From an uncultured Alphaproteobacteria bacterium (lineage in GTDB: Bacteria > Pseudomonadota > Alphaproteobacteria > CAAGCB01 > CAG-977): DNA of 64,000 bases. The stretch lies in contig CALYBD010000005.1 of NCBI GenBank assembly GCA_944393745.1, forward strand, positions 11,165-75,164. Direction: 5' to 3'. This document shows positions 1 through 11,175 of the stretch, piece after piece; within the stretch, counting starts at the first letter, position 1; every line of letters begins with the position of its first letter. The translations under genes and the position numbers were made by a program. The notes beneath the pieces are model-generated. The model saw only the letters and a list, made by a program, of their open reading frames with translations, did no database searches and was not told the DNA's origin.

Positions 1-1202
1 ATTTTGACTTCTTCGCCCGTTTTCTTTGGTTTTAAGGCCAGGGCAAAGACCGGCTTCAGCGGTTCCGGGAAAAACGGATTCGGTTCATGTTTGTCCGCAT
101 ACAGCAAATCCCCCGTTTTTAAATCGTCCATTTTATTAAACGCAACGATTTGGCCGGCTTCACCGGCGGCGGCTTTAACGGTTTTTGTGCCTTGAATGAC
201 ATATAATCCGTTGATTTTTTCCGTTCCGAAGACCGTTGCGTCCGTTATTTCGCCGTCAATAATACGGGCATAGGAGAGCTTTCCGATATGCGGCGCATAG
301 CAGGTTTTGAAAATTTGTGCGGCCGGAGCCGTCATTTCCGGCAATCTGGCGCGCACGGTTTGCAGCGCCGTTACATCGTGCCGCAGTGTTTTCAGTAAAC
401 GAAAGACACCGGCATCCTGTTCCGCCGCACCGAAAAATACGGGAACAACCGTATTTTCCGTTAAAGCCGCCGACAAACTGGAAAAGACTTCTTCTTTTGC
501 GGGGACGGCGTCTTCCAGCAGTTTTTCCAACAAAGCATCATTGTGATCTGCCAGTTGTTCCAGCATTTCCCGGCGTTCTTCGTCATGTTTTAAAGAATCG
601 GGTACCTTTACCAAATGCGCAGAGACGTTGTCTTTATATTCGCCGTCTTTAAAAGCATAAGCGCGTTCGCTGATTAAATCCACAAAGCCGGTAATTTTAT
701 CATCTTCGCGAATCGGTACTTCGCGCAAAATCAGCGGCAGATCGGAAACGCCTTGCAACGCATCGAATATTTCGCGGATCGGCGCTTTGGTGTTTTCGAC
801 TTTATTGATGAAAATCAGATGCGGGACGGCCATATCCTTCAGATATTTCAGCAACGGCGCTGCCATGACGGCCCTGGCCGGATCGGGATCGCAGACGACA
901 ATTGCCACATCGCAGACGGTTAAGGCATTATAGACGTCCTGCGTAAATTCGCTGCTGCCCGGACAGTCCAGAAAAATCCACGGCTCGTCTAAAAAGCGCA
1001 TGGCGGCAATGGTTGTATCCGTACCGGTTTGTCTTTTTTTGTTTTCCGAAGCCATGTCGCCGACGCGTGTTAAATCGGCGGCGGTTCCCTTGCGGTCAAT
1101 GGTTCCCGTGACATACAACAAGCTTTCCAACAGACTGGTTTTCCCGGAGGTATACGGCCCGACAATGGCTGCAACGCGGGTTTGAGAGGATTTTTGATTC
1201 AT
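1..1202 (-). CDS. EF-G-like translational GTPase paralog, partial; the start codon is at 1202 and the C-terminus runs off the left edge of the window
   Basis: Reverse translation from the ATG at 1200-1202 gives MNQKSSQTRVAAIVGPYTSGKTSLLESLLYVTGTIDRKGT... with a P-loop GPYTSGKT and a degenerate DCPGSSEF G3-like motif. The frame stays open to position 1. The ORF track omits it because it is truncated. Confidence 0.55.
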   Translation of the reverse strand, partial: MNQKSSQTRVAAIVGPYTSGKTSLLESLLYVTGTIDRKGTAADLTRVGDMASENKKRQTGTDTTIAAMRFLDEPWIFLDCPGSSEFTQDVYNALTVCDVAIVVCDPDPARAVMAAPLLKYLKDMAVPHLIFINKVENTKAPIREIFDALQGVSDLPLILREVPIREDDKITGFVDLISERAYAFKDGEYKDNVSAHLVKVPDSLKHDEERREMLEQLADHNDALLEKLLEDAVPAKEEVFSSLSAALTENTVVPVFFGAAEQDAGVFRLLKTLRHDVTALQTVRARLPEMTAPAAQIFKTCYAPHIGKLSYARIIDGEITDATVFGTEKINGLYVIQGTKTVKAAAGEAGQIVAFNKMDDLKTGDLLYADKHEPNPFFPEPLKPVFALALKPKKTGEEVK

Positions 1203-1285
1203 AAACGCGCTCCCTGATAATTAAAAAAGAAAAAGATCTTCTTTCAGGGTAGCGCGTTATGAGCCGTTTTCAAAATCCTTTTTTT

Positions 1286-2494
<1,209 letters not shown>

Positions 2495-2557
2495 TCATAC
2501 CCCCTTAATCAGCTAAAAACGGTTGATAGCATACTTTAGTCATCTTTTGTCGTAAAG

Positions 2558-4197
2558 CTATTTTGTTATAATAATTTTATCTTTCATTTCCGGCGGATAA
2601 CAAAGTTGAGGCAAACTGAGTTGAGAGCTGACAAATATCCGGGAAATGGTTGCCGAAACGCTTAATTGCCGACATGTCCATTCGCGTATGTCAAAAGGAA
2701 GAAATTTAAATAAATCTTCGTTGCTTTCATAAAGATTTTTTACCATCAGGACAACTTTGTCCGGATGACGTTTTAATAAAAGATCTCTTTTTTCTTTCAT
2801 TTTTCCGTAATTGGCAATGTTCCACTTTTTCCATGAAGACGGGGCAAGAATTTTCATAAATCCCAACAGGGTAATATTTTTGTTTTGTTCCGTGATTTCC
2901 GTTGCAAAGCCTGCCGTCGGGGCTTCTAAAGTGATCAGTAATGTATTGTCGGGTAAGGATATTTTGTCTTTTAAAAAAGAATAAGAATCTCTTTTCCCCC
3001 AGTAATAAGACAAAAACGGTGTTGATAACAAAATACCGGTTAATATGATTAAAAAAGACAGTCCGAAAATTTCTTTAAAGAGATGTTCTTTTATTTTTAT
3101 CCGTGCTCCGGCAAAAACAAAAATAACGGCACAGCTTGTTTCAATGGGAATGGTAAAACGCAGATTCGCGGAAATAAAAAGCCAAATTAAATAGGAAATA
3201 AAAATCCATACGGCATAAAAATTCATTCGGGCTCCCAGAGGATCGGCTTTCTTAAATACTTTAAGAATTCCCCAGACAACCGCAATTATAAAAGCATAAG
3301 CAAAACGCCAGTCGGATAAATCGGTGACAGATCCGATAAAGCAATCATACGGGTGATAAATTAAATAAAACGGCAGAAATATTCTTTGAAACCACGTTAA
3401 AGTGTGCAAATGTAATCGATCGACATAATTGATGTCCAAATAATAAGGGGATTTAAAAATTTTATTCCAGAACGGAAAGACGGGGTTTTCAAAATTTTTC
3501 CATAAGGTAAGGGCCCAGAACCCGTTTGTAATCAAATACCCGATGAAACCGCCGGTTATCAGCAGGGCAATAAACGTTTTGGGTTTTTTCAAAGATCTGT
3601 AAAACAGGATCAAAGTCATTCCCGTTGAAACGCAGTAGATTGCCGCGGTCAGTTTTAACCCGGCGGCAGCCCCCAACAACACACCGGCGATCAGATAAGA
3701 TTTGTTTTCATCGGGATCTTTTAACAGGCAATAAAGAGCGCTTAAAACAAAAACGGCAATCGATATTTCATGGGTTGATGTCCCGATTTGGAACCAAACA
3801 TTGTAACCGCTGACGGCAATACACAAACAAACGACAATGCAAATTTTTGATTTAAAAGTTTTTCCGTCAAAGAATAAAAGAGTTATTTTAAAAAACAGAA
3901 AACAGAGCAGCCCGAACGGCAATCCCATGATGAAATAGTATAAATCGATATTTTCTTTGCAAAATTTATTCAGTAAAAAACACAGACTGTCCAATAAAGG
4001 GTTGTAATAATTCGGGACGGCAGAAACGGCCAGATCTTTTGTCAGTCGGTCGTTGATAAAGGAAAAACCGTTGTAATAATGATACTGTAGGAAATCAAAC
4101 AGCAATTCGTATTTTAAAGCAGCGGAAAGAATTCCGCCGGCAATCAAAAATGCCCCCAGACAAATTAAATTCAATAAAATACGTCGCCGGGTCATTG
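2558..4197 (-). CDS. Polytopic membrane protein with about 11 TM helices and a periplasmic C-terminal domain, putatively a GT-C-fold glycosyltransferase; paralog A of a tandem pair
   Basis: Strongly hydrophobic with repeated TM segments and a soluble C-terminal tail of about 170 aa, the topology of ArnT/PMT-type enzymes. Start chosen at MTRRR (4195-4197), immediately after the stop codon of paralog B. About 60% identical to the neighbouring gene, plus an identical block. Confidence 0.45.
3419..3762. repeat. Copy 1 of a 343 bp segment that is 100% identical between the two tandem paralogs (gene-conversion tract)
   Basis: Direct comparison: tcgacataattgatgtccaaataataagg...aaaacggcaatcg is identical at 3419-3762 and 5012-5354. 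The antisense ORFs at 3625 and 5217 translate identically across this stretch. Confidence 0.9.
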
Positions 4198-5787
4198 CGT
4201 TGTTTCCTTTTTTACATCGGAAGGTTGACATAATTTTATGTTTGAAAACAAAACGGATTTAACGGCATCAGAGGCTTTTAAAGTTTGGCACTTCCAGTCG
4301 CGCAGAAAAGGATTTTCCCGCAAAACCAGCCCGAAAGCATCTTGATATAAAGCATTGCGGTCCTTGGCCGTGTTTAACAGGTGTTCTCTTTTTTCATTCA
4401 TTTTTCCGGTTCGTGCCATATCCCAACCATACCATTTTTCATCGGAAGGCGATATTAAAACAATTTTTACCGTCGGATTGTTTCGTGCGATTTCGGCAGC
4501 GATACCGGCTAACGGAAAGCGGTATATTTCCAAAACGCTGTTTTCGGAAAGTTCGACATTTTCTTTTAAAAACGATTTTTGTTGCCTTTTTCCCCAGGGC
4601 ATGGACAGAAAGATCGTTGAAATGAAAACAAATAAAAGGATCAGCGCGACCGAATAATAAAAAGATTCGGCAAAAAGGGAATTCGGTTTTTTTATTTTGG
4701 CAAAACAGGAAACCAACACAACGGCCCCGATAATTTCAATCGGAATGATAAAACGCAGATTAGCCGAAACGACAAGCCACACAACATAGGAAACAAACAG
4801 CCACAGAACCGTCTTTTTCATTAAAGAAGAAAGAGAGATTTTTTTTAATATAAAAAAAGGCAAAGAGCAGACAGCGATAATAAACAATGCGGCCAATCTG
4901 AAATCCGTCAATTCCTGGAAAGAAGCAACGGGATCATATCGGGAATGAAGAATCAGGAAGAAAGGCAGGAAAAGAAAATGATACCATTCCAATCCGTCAA
5001 GATGAAGCGTATCGACATAATTGATGTCCAAATAATAAGGGGATTTAAAAATTTTATTCCAGAACGGAAAGACGGGGTTTTCAAAATTTTTCCATAAGGT
5101 AAGGGCCCAGAACCCGTTTGTAATCAAATACCCGATGAAACCGCCGGTTATCAGCAGGGCAATAAACGTTTTGGGTTTTTTCAAAGATCTGTAAAACAGG
5201 ATCAAAGTCATTCCCGTTGAAACGCAGTAGATTGCCGCGGTCAGTTTTAACCCGGCGGCAGCCCCCAACAACACACCGGCGATCAGATAAGATTTGTTTT
5301 CATCGGGATCTTTTAACAGGCAATAAAGAGCGCTTAAAACAAAAACGGCAATCGGTATTTCATGGGAACACGTTCCGATTTGAAACCAGGTTGCCGCGCC
5401 GGTGGCCGCGATGATCAGGCAGGCAATACAGCAGCCTTTTCCTTTCGGTGTTTTAAAATCGAAAAACAGCCGGGAAATTTTAAACGCAACAAACATCAAT
5501 AGTCCGAACGGCAGTCCGGCAATAAAACAATAAAGCGTTGTATTGTCTTTGCATAAATCGTTTAACAGAAACAATACGGCGTCCAATAACGGATTATAAT
5601 ATGTTGCAACGGACGCCGGTGCGATATCCGTCATCAGCCGATCGTTGATAAAAGCAAAGCCGTTATAATGATGGTACAGCAAAAGATCATAAGTTATTTC
5701 AAATTTCAGCGCCGCGGATATCAGTCCGCCGGCGATTAAAAACAATGCAAATGTCAGCAGCTGAAGGCAGATTTGCTTTTTTTGCAT
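4192..5787 (-). CDS. Polytopic membrane protein, putatively a GT-C-fold glycosyltransferase; paralog B of the tandem pair
   Basis: 531 aa protein collinear with paralog A, including shared HYYNGF..INDRL and YYNPLLD motifs, TM-rich, with a divergent C-terminal soluble domain. Confidence 0.45.
   Translation of the reverse strand: MQKKQICLQLLTFALFLIAGGLISAALKFEITYDLLLYHHYNGFAFINDRLMTDIAPASVATYYNPLLDAVLFLLNDLCKDNTTLYCFIAGLPFGLLMFVAFKISRLFFDFKTPKGKGCCIACLIIAATGAATWFQIGTCSHEIPIAVFVLSALYCLLKDPDENKSYLIAGVLLGAAAGLKLTAAIYCVSTGMTLILFYRSLKKPKTFIALLITGGFIGYLITNGFWALTLWKNFENPVFPFWNKIFKSPYYLDINYVDTLHLDGLEWYHFLFLPFFLILHSRYDPVASFQELTDFRLAALFIIAVCSLPFFILKKISLSSLMKKTVLWLFVSYVVWLVVSANLRFIIPIEIIGAVVLVSCFAKIKKPNSLFAESFYYSVALILLFVFISTIFLSMPWGKRQQKSFLKENVELSENSVLEIYRFPLAGIAAEIARNNPTVKIVLISPSDEKWYGWDMARTGKMNEKREHLLNTAKDRNALYQDAFGLVLRENPFLRDWKCQTLKASDAVKSVLFSNIKLCQPSDVKKETTQ
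5012..5354. repeat. Copy 2 of the 343 bp identical segment
   Basis: See copy 1; the flanks diverge immediately outside the block. Confidence 0.9.
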
Positions 5788-5866
5788 TTATTTTCCTTTT
5801 ATCTTCTTGCAAAACAACTGGCAGTCTATCTAAATAAGAGAAGATATTCAACTTTTATCGGGGACA

Positions 5867-7915
5867 ATGAACGTGAATACCATTCCGATGTACCGGCCGA
5901 TGACATCAACGGCGCCGGCTGAATTTAAACTGGTGTCGGCTTTTGAACCTGCCGGCGATCAGCCCGAAGCCGTTCAAGCGCTGGTCAACGGTTTGAACGC
6001 CGGCGAACGTAATCAGGTTTTGCTGGGGGTGACGGGATCGGGCAAGACCTTTACGATGGCGCAGATTATCAAACAGATGAAGCGTCCCGCTTTGATTTTG
6101 GCGCCGAACAAGATTCTGGCCGCTCAGCTGTACGGGGAAATGAAGTCGTTTTTTCCGGAAAACGCCGTTGAGTATTTTGTTTCCTATTACGATTATTATC
6201 AGCCCGAAGCCTATATTCCGCGCACGGATACGTATATTGAAAAAGATTCTGCCATTAACGAACAGATTGACCGTATGCGCCACGGTGCGACGCGGCATAT
6301 TCTGGAACGCCGCGACGTCGTGATTGTTGCTTCGGTATCGTGCATTTACGGTCTGGGCAGTGTGGAATCATATTCGTCCATGGCGTTTACGGTGCAGGCG
6401 GGGCAATCGTATGACATTCGGGAAATTGCGCGCCAGCTGGTTGATTTGCAGTATCAGCGCAACGATTTGGCGTTTACGCGCGGCACGTTTCGTTTAAAGG
6501 GTGACGTTTTGGATATTTTTCCGTCCCACTACGAAGATCTGGCCTGGCGGCTGTCCTTTTTCGGCGACGAGCTGGAGTCTGTTTGCGAATTTGATCCGCT
6601 GACGGGTGAAAAGAAGCTGGAATTAAAAGAAATCACCGTTTACCCGGCCAGCCACTACGTTACGCCGCGTCCGGCTTTGTCGCAGGCGATGAAGACAATC
6701 CGCGAAGAATTAAAGGAACGGCTGTATTATTATACCTCTGAAAACAAACCGCTGGAAGCCGAACGGATTGAGCAAAGGACCCGTTTTGATCTGGAAATGC
6801 TGGAAGCGACCGGGCATTGCAAAGGCATTGAAAACTATTCGCGTCATTTAACCGGCCGCGCGCCGGGCGAACCGCCGCCGACTTTGTTTGAATATCTGCC
6901 CAAAGACGCGATTTTATTCGTTGACGAAAGCCACGTTTCCGTCCCGCAACTGGGCGGCATGTACCGCGGCGACTTTAACCGTAAAAGAACGCTGGCAACG
7001 TATGGTTTCCGCTTGCCCAGCTGTGTGGACAACCGACCTTTGAAATTCGAAGAATGGGATAAAATGCGTCCGCAGACGATTTTTGTGTCCGCCACGCCCG
7101 GACCGTGGGAGTTGGATCAGACTCACGGGGAATTTATCGAACAGATTATTCGTCCGACAGGACTGTTGGATCCGTTGTGCGAAGTCCGTCCCGTTTCGTC
7201 GCAGGTGGACGATCTGCTGGCGGAATGTCGCCTTTGCGCCGAAAAAGGACAGCGCGTTCTGGTGACGACCCTGACAAAGAAAATGGCCGAAGACTTAACG
7301 GATTATCTGGCGGAAAACGGAGTTAAAGTTCGTTATATGCATTCGGATATCGACACGCTGGAACGTATTGAAATCGTCCGGGATTTAAGGCTGGGCGTTT
7401 TTGATGTTCTGGTTGGTATCAACCTGCTGCGCGAAGGGTTGGATATTCCGGAATGCGCGTTGGTCGCGATTCTGGACGCGGATAAAGAAGGCTTTTTGCG
7501 TTCCGACCGTTCTTTGATCCAGACGATCGGGCGGGCGGCGCGCAATGCGGAAGGGCGTGTTATCCTTTATGCCGACAGAATAACGGGATCAATGAAGCGG
7601 GCTTTGGACGAAACGGCCCGGCGCCGCGAAAAACAACAAAGGTTTAATGCCGAACACGGCATCGTGCCGCAGACGATCAAGCGCGACGTCGCCGATATTT
7701 TACAGGAACTGTGCGAAAAAGAAGGCGTTGACAAACTGCCGCAGGGCAAGGAAAAAGATCTGCTGGTGAATGAAAAGAAATTAAAGGATACCATTGCCAA
7801 GCTGACCAAACAAATGCGCAAAGCGGCCGAAGATCTGGAATTTGAACAGGCAGCGAAGATCCGTGACGAAATCAAACGGTTGGAAAATTCAGCTTTATCT
7901 TTATCAGGGGCATGA
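5867..7915 (+). CDS. uvrB: Excinuclease ABC subunit B
   Basis: 682 aa protein with GVTGSGKT Walker A, helicase motifs, the beta-hairpin region and a C-terminal UvrC-interaction coiled coil ([12 protein letters not shown]). Confidence 0.95.
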   Translation: MNVNTIPMYRPMTSTAPAEFKLVSAFEPAGDQPEAVQALVNGLNAGERNQVLLGVTGSGKTFTMAQIIKQMKRPALILAPNKILAAQLYGEMKSFFPENAVEYFVSYYDYYQPEAYIPRTDTYIEKDSAINEQIDRMRHGATRHILERRDVVIVASVSCIYGLGSVESYSSMAFTVQAGQSYDIREIARQLVDLQYQRNDLAFTRGTFRLKGDVLDIFPSHYEDLAWRLSFFGDELESVCEFDPLTGEKKLELKEITVYPASHYVTPRPALSQAMKTIREELKERLYYYTSENKPLEAERIEQRTRFDLEMLEATGHCKGIENYSRHLTGRAPGEPPPTLFEYLPKDAILFVDESHVSVPQLGGMYRGDFNRKRTLATYGFRLPSCVDNRPLKFEEWDKMRPQTIFVSATPGPWELDQTHGEFIEQIIRPTGLLDPLCEVRPVSSQVDDLLAECRLCAEKGQRVLVTTLTKKMAEDLTDYLAENGVKVRYMHSDIDTLERIEIVRDLRLGVFDVLVGINLLREGLDIPECALVAILDADKEGFLRSDRSLIQTIGRAARNAEGRVILYADRITGSMKRALDETARRREKQQRFNAEHGIVPQTIKRDVADILQELCEKEGVDKLPQGKEKDLLVNEKKLKDTIAKLTKQMRKAAEDLEFEQAAKIRDEIKRLENSALSLSGA

Positions 7916-8157
7916 CGCAGAGCAGACAGTATCTGCAATTCCTTTGGGAAAGCAGACAAAAGGCACGCTTTGCACATTATGAACACCTTTCATCATACGC
8001 GTGCCGATATTGTACGGGGGCAATAAATCGGCTCTGCACAAAGGAAAACCTGATCACAATAAACTTTAAAACGTAAAAACAGGCTGAAAACAATGCCAAT
8101 CGTGAAACAATCGGTCAAAGCCGAAACTTTTTTAAGAATTGAAAAAGATCAAAGACA

Positions 8158-8694
8158 TCAGCGCAGCGGAAACAAAGAATTATAATCGATACCTTTGTAT
8201 CTTTTTTCAATCGGTTTAGGCATACTCTGTGCCGTTGCCAGCAGTCCGCGTGAACGCAACGTCCATTCCATGTTCTGCATTTTTTCGCGATATTCCGGGT
8301 GATCGCCGATAATAACGCTGAACCAGTAATAGGAATCGATCGGGTTGTATAAAGGCGTCAGTTCGTTTTGATAGAAAAACGCCAGTTGTTCCTGCGCGGC
8401 TCTTTGTCCGGATTGTGCTGCCAATGTCAGCCATTTTTGCGCGGCATAGCTGTTTTTTACACCGGCCAACCCGTACAAATAAGTCATGCCCACGATATAC
8501 TGCGCGTCCATATCGCCGTTTTGCGCCGGTTCGGACAGATATTCCAGCGCCCGAGGATAATCGGCGGCATTAAATGAATTTAATCCCTTTTCAATATCGG
8601 TATGGGCCGTAAACCCGACTGAAAAAGGATCGGGCAACAAAACACAGGCGGACAACCATAAGACAACCGGGAAAATTAACAATGATTTCATCAT
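8158..8694 (-). CDS. Sel1/TPR-like repeat lipoprotein
   Basis: Signal peptide with a lipobox (LWLSAC), then Sel1-like repeats (AQYIVGMTYLYG..., AAQEQLAFFY). Overlaps the upstream gene by 1 bp. Confidence 0.6.
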   Translation of the reverse strand: MMKSLLIFPVVLWLSACVLLPDPFSVGFTAHTDIEKGLNSFNAADYPRALEYLSEPAQNGDMDAQYIVGMTYLYGLAGVKNSYAAQKWLTLAAQSGQRAAQEQLAFFYQNELTPLYNPIDSYYWFSVIIGDHPEYREKMQNMEWTLRSRGLLATAQSMPKPIEKRYKGIDYNSLFPLR

Positions 8695-9323
8695 TATCTG
8701 CCCGCTCTTTGTCGTAAAAGCGCCGCTTGAACAGGGGTTATCTGTTTTTTTGCCGGTGTGTGGTCTTTGGTTCGCTTGTCGTCCAACTGCACATTGATTT
8801 CGAAAACGCGTTTTAAAATGCCGCGGTTTTCTTTTGTCCGTTTACGCAGTTCGCGGCGCAGGTTTTCCAGATCCTGCGGCGCCATATAAGTGGTGTCCAG
8901 CAAAACGGCGACCGGTTCTTTTTTGCCGGTTATTTTGTTCGGGTGATCTTTATCCAGCTGGTCTAAGATCGTTTCCGCATTGCCGGCCGGGTCAAATTCC
9001 CATTTGTCGCCCGGTTTCGGGGACAGCGGCGTTTTGACGTCAAACGGATATCCTTCCCCGTCATAAAAATCGATATAAGGCGAATCCGAACGCGTCACCG
9101 GTCCTTTAATTTTGCCGGACAGATCGGCTTCGGCGGCGGTCATGGCTTCGCGGATGATTTTACCGATTTTGTTGCCGTGATGCGCGGGATCATTTGTTAA
9201 GGCTTCAAAGTTCGGATAATTTTTGTAACGTGCGGGCACGTCGTCCAAAGTCCTGATTTCCGCCTGGCGGTTTTGCTGTCCGCCGGCTGTTTCAACACGG
9301 GAAGGTTCCGGTAAATCCTGCAT
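8694..9323 (-). CDS. Hypothetical cytoplasmic protein, basic and K/R-rich at the C-terminus
   Basis: 209 aa ORF with no signal peptide and no family I recognise. Translationally coupled to the downstream Sel1 lipoprotein. Confidence 0.5.
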   Translation of the reverse strand: MQDLPEPSRVETAGGQQNRQAEIRTLDDVPARYKNYPNFEALTNDPAHHGNKIGKIIREAMTAAEADLSGKIKGPVTRSDSPYIDFYDGEGYPFDVKTPLSPKPGDKWEFDPAGNAETILDQLDKDHPNKITGKKEPVAVLLDTTYMAPQDLENLRRELRKRTKENRGILKRVFEINVQLDDKRTKDHTPAKKQITPVQAALLRQRAGR

Positions 9324-9694
9324 ACGACACCTCTGTTTTTAAAAACTTATTTATTTTGCTCTAAAAGTGCGGGGTTGTCCAGATGTATATTGTTTGGGCC
9401 AAGAGCCGGAAGAAAAAAGAATTTTTATTTGTTCTGTAAGTTGTTGTACGGAAAAAATCGCGCGAAAACACGGTGTGTCATTGTTCGTATTCTCGGCCGA
9501 CGGAGGGGAAAAATAAAAAAACGGGCAAGGGCGTTTTTGTTTTTTCTGAAAGAAGGAATTGATAAAAAAGTCATGCAAAATATCCGTTTTTTCCCGTTTT
9601 TTTGTTTCGACGCCGTACAAAACAAAGGGAAATTGTTTTGTAAACTTGATTGTCCCGGATAAATCTCTTATCTATAGTTTAAAAAGGAGACACG

Positions 9695-10180
9695 ATGATT
9701 TCTTTGCCGGATCAGGCAAGTCCTGAAGAACTGCTGTCTTATGTCCGCCCGTTATATCCAAATGGGATATTTCCTTTAGGGCCGGGTTGGTTGATAGTAT
9801 TCTGTGTTTTGGGCGGTTTTGTTTTGGCGGGGATTTTGGTTTACAACAGCCCTTTTGCAAGACGCCGTCGGGAAGCATTCAAGGCTTTTGACGTTTTGCG
9901 CCGCAATTTTTTTGAAAACGGAGATCTTTCCGTTTTGGCGGCCGATGTGTCGGTTTTGATGCGCCGTACGGCTTTGGTTCGGTTCGGACGGGGAAAAACG
10001 GCGGGCTTAATCGGCCGGGAATGGACGGACTTTTTGCAGCGGACAGGAGCTGATTTAAACGAACAGGATAAACAGCTGCTGGAAAATCAGGCGTATGCGC
10101 CGCCTTTGTATGACGAAGATTTGGCGCGCGGGCGCCATTTGTTGACGACCGCACGTCAATGGCTGGAGAAAAATTTATGA
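9695..10180 (+). CDS. DUF4381-type small membrane protein, the usual first gene of bat aerotolerance operons
   Basis: 161 aa, single TM helix (LIVFCVLGGFVLAGILV). Position immediately upstream of batA, with an ATGA overlap. Confidence 0.6.
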   Translation: MISLPDQASPEELLSYVRPLYPNGIFPLGPGWLIVFCVLGGFVLAGILVYNSPFARRRREAFKAFDVLRRNFFENGDLSVLAADVSVLMRRTALVRFGRGKTAGLIGREWTDFLQRTGADLNEQDKQLLENQAYAPPLYDEDLARGRHLLTTARQWLEKNL

Positions 10181-11175
10181 CCGGTTTTGTTTATCCGATG
10201 ATGTTTTTGCTGCTGCCGCTGCCACTGTTGATGCGCGCCGTTTTGCCGCGTGTGGACGATAAAAACGAAGAAGCGCTGAAAGTACCGTTTTTTGATGATA
10301 TGCGTCGTTTGTCGCCGGTTGGCAGCCGTTCCGTTTTTACCGGGCTGTCTTTTCGGCGACTGTTGGGGGCATTGATTTGGATTTTGCTGGTTACGGCGGC
10401 GGCCGGTCCGCAATGGGTCGGGGAACCGTCAAAGGTTCCTTCCGAAGGGCGCAATCTGATGCTGGTTTTGGACATTTCAGGTTCAATGCAGGAGGCTGAT
10501 TTCACCGTCCGGGATCAGGCTGTGCGACGCTGGGACGCCGTGCAGGCCGTCGCCGACGCTTTCGTGAAAAAACGTCAAGGCGACAGGGTCGGCATTGTTT
10601 TGTTCGGCGAACGGTCTTATGTATATGTGCCGTTGACGTATGATTTAAAAACGGTTTCCGATTTGTTAAAAGAAGCCGATGTCGGCATGGCCGGTTCACA
10701 GACGGCGATCGGGGACGCCTTGGGGCTGGCCTTAAAAACGATGATTGACGTACCGGCTGAAAGTCGTGTTGTCGTCTTGTTGTCCGACGGGGCGGCGAAT
10801 GCCGGGGTGATGAAACCTTTGGAAGCGGCGGAACTGGCTGAAAAAATGGGGGTTAAAGTTTATACGATCGGGGCAGGATCCGATATGGTTCAGATGATGG
10901 GGTTGTTCGGTATGATGCAGATGCCGCGCGGCGATGAAATTGATGAAAAAACGCTGCAGGAAATCGCGCGCAAAACGGGCGGGCGATATTTCAGGGCAAA
11001 AAATACGCAGGAATTGCTTGAAATTTATCGGGAAATTGATCAATTGGAACCGGTTGTTAACGATGCCGTTTTTGTTCGTCCCGTCAAGACGTTGTTTTAT
11101 TATCCGTTGGCTGCGGCGTTTGCTTTGAGTGTTCTGGGCGGATTGCTGCTGACGGCCGTCAGGAGGACGCCATGA
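10177..11175 (+). CDS. batA: BatA, a VWA-domain membrane protein
   Basis: N-terminal TM helices and a vWFA MIDAS motif (LVLDISGSM...SQTAIGDAL...LLSDG). The likely start is the ATG at 10177 overlapping the upstream stop; the ORF track extends to 10159. Confidence 0.85.
   Translation: MTGFVYPMMFLLLPLPLLMRAVLPRVDDKNEEALKVPFFDDMRRLSPVGSRSVFTGLSFRRLLGALIWILLVTAAAGPQWVGEPSKVPSEGRNLMLVLDISGSMQEADFTVRDQAVRRWDAVQAVADAFVKKRQGDRVGIVLFGERSYVYVPLTYDLKTVSDLLKEADVGMAGSQTAIGDALGLALKTMIDVPAESRVVVLLSDGAANAGVMKPLEAAELAEKMGVKVYTIGAGSDMVQMMGLFGMMQMPRGDEIDEKTLQEIARKTGGRYFRAKNTQELLEIYREIDQLEPVVNDAVFVRPVKTLFYYPLAAAFALSVLGGLLLTAVRRTP

Noticed and set aside
5906-7986. Antisense and overlapping ORFs within uvrB (5906-6298 minus, 6844-7126 minus, 7333-7986 minus, 7083-7326 plus)
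   Set aside because: They are embedded in a highly conserved uvrB reading frame; their products are low-complexity or Arg-rich, typical of spurious antisense ORFs.
9351-9662. Small ORFs (66-95 aa) on both strands in the AT-rich region upstream of the bat operon
   Set aside because: They overlap each other on both strands, have K/R/F-rich low-complexity translations and no RBS. The region is more plausibly the promoter and 5' UTR of the bat operon.
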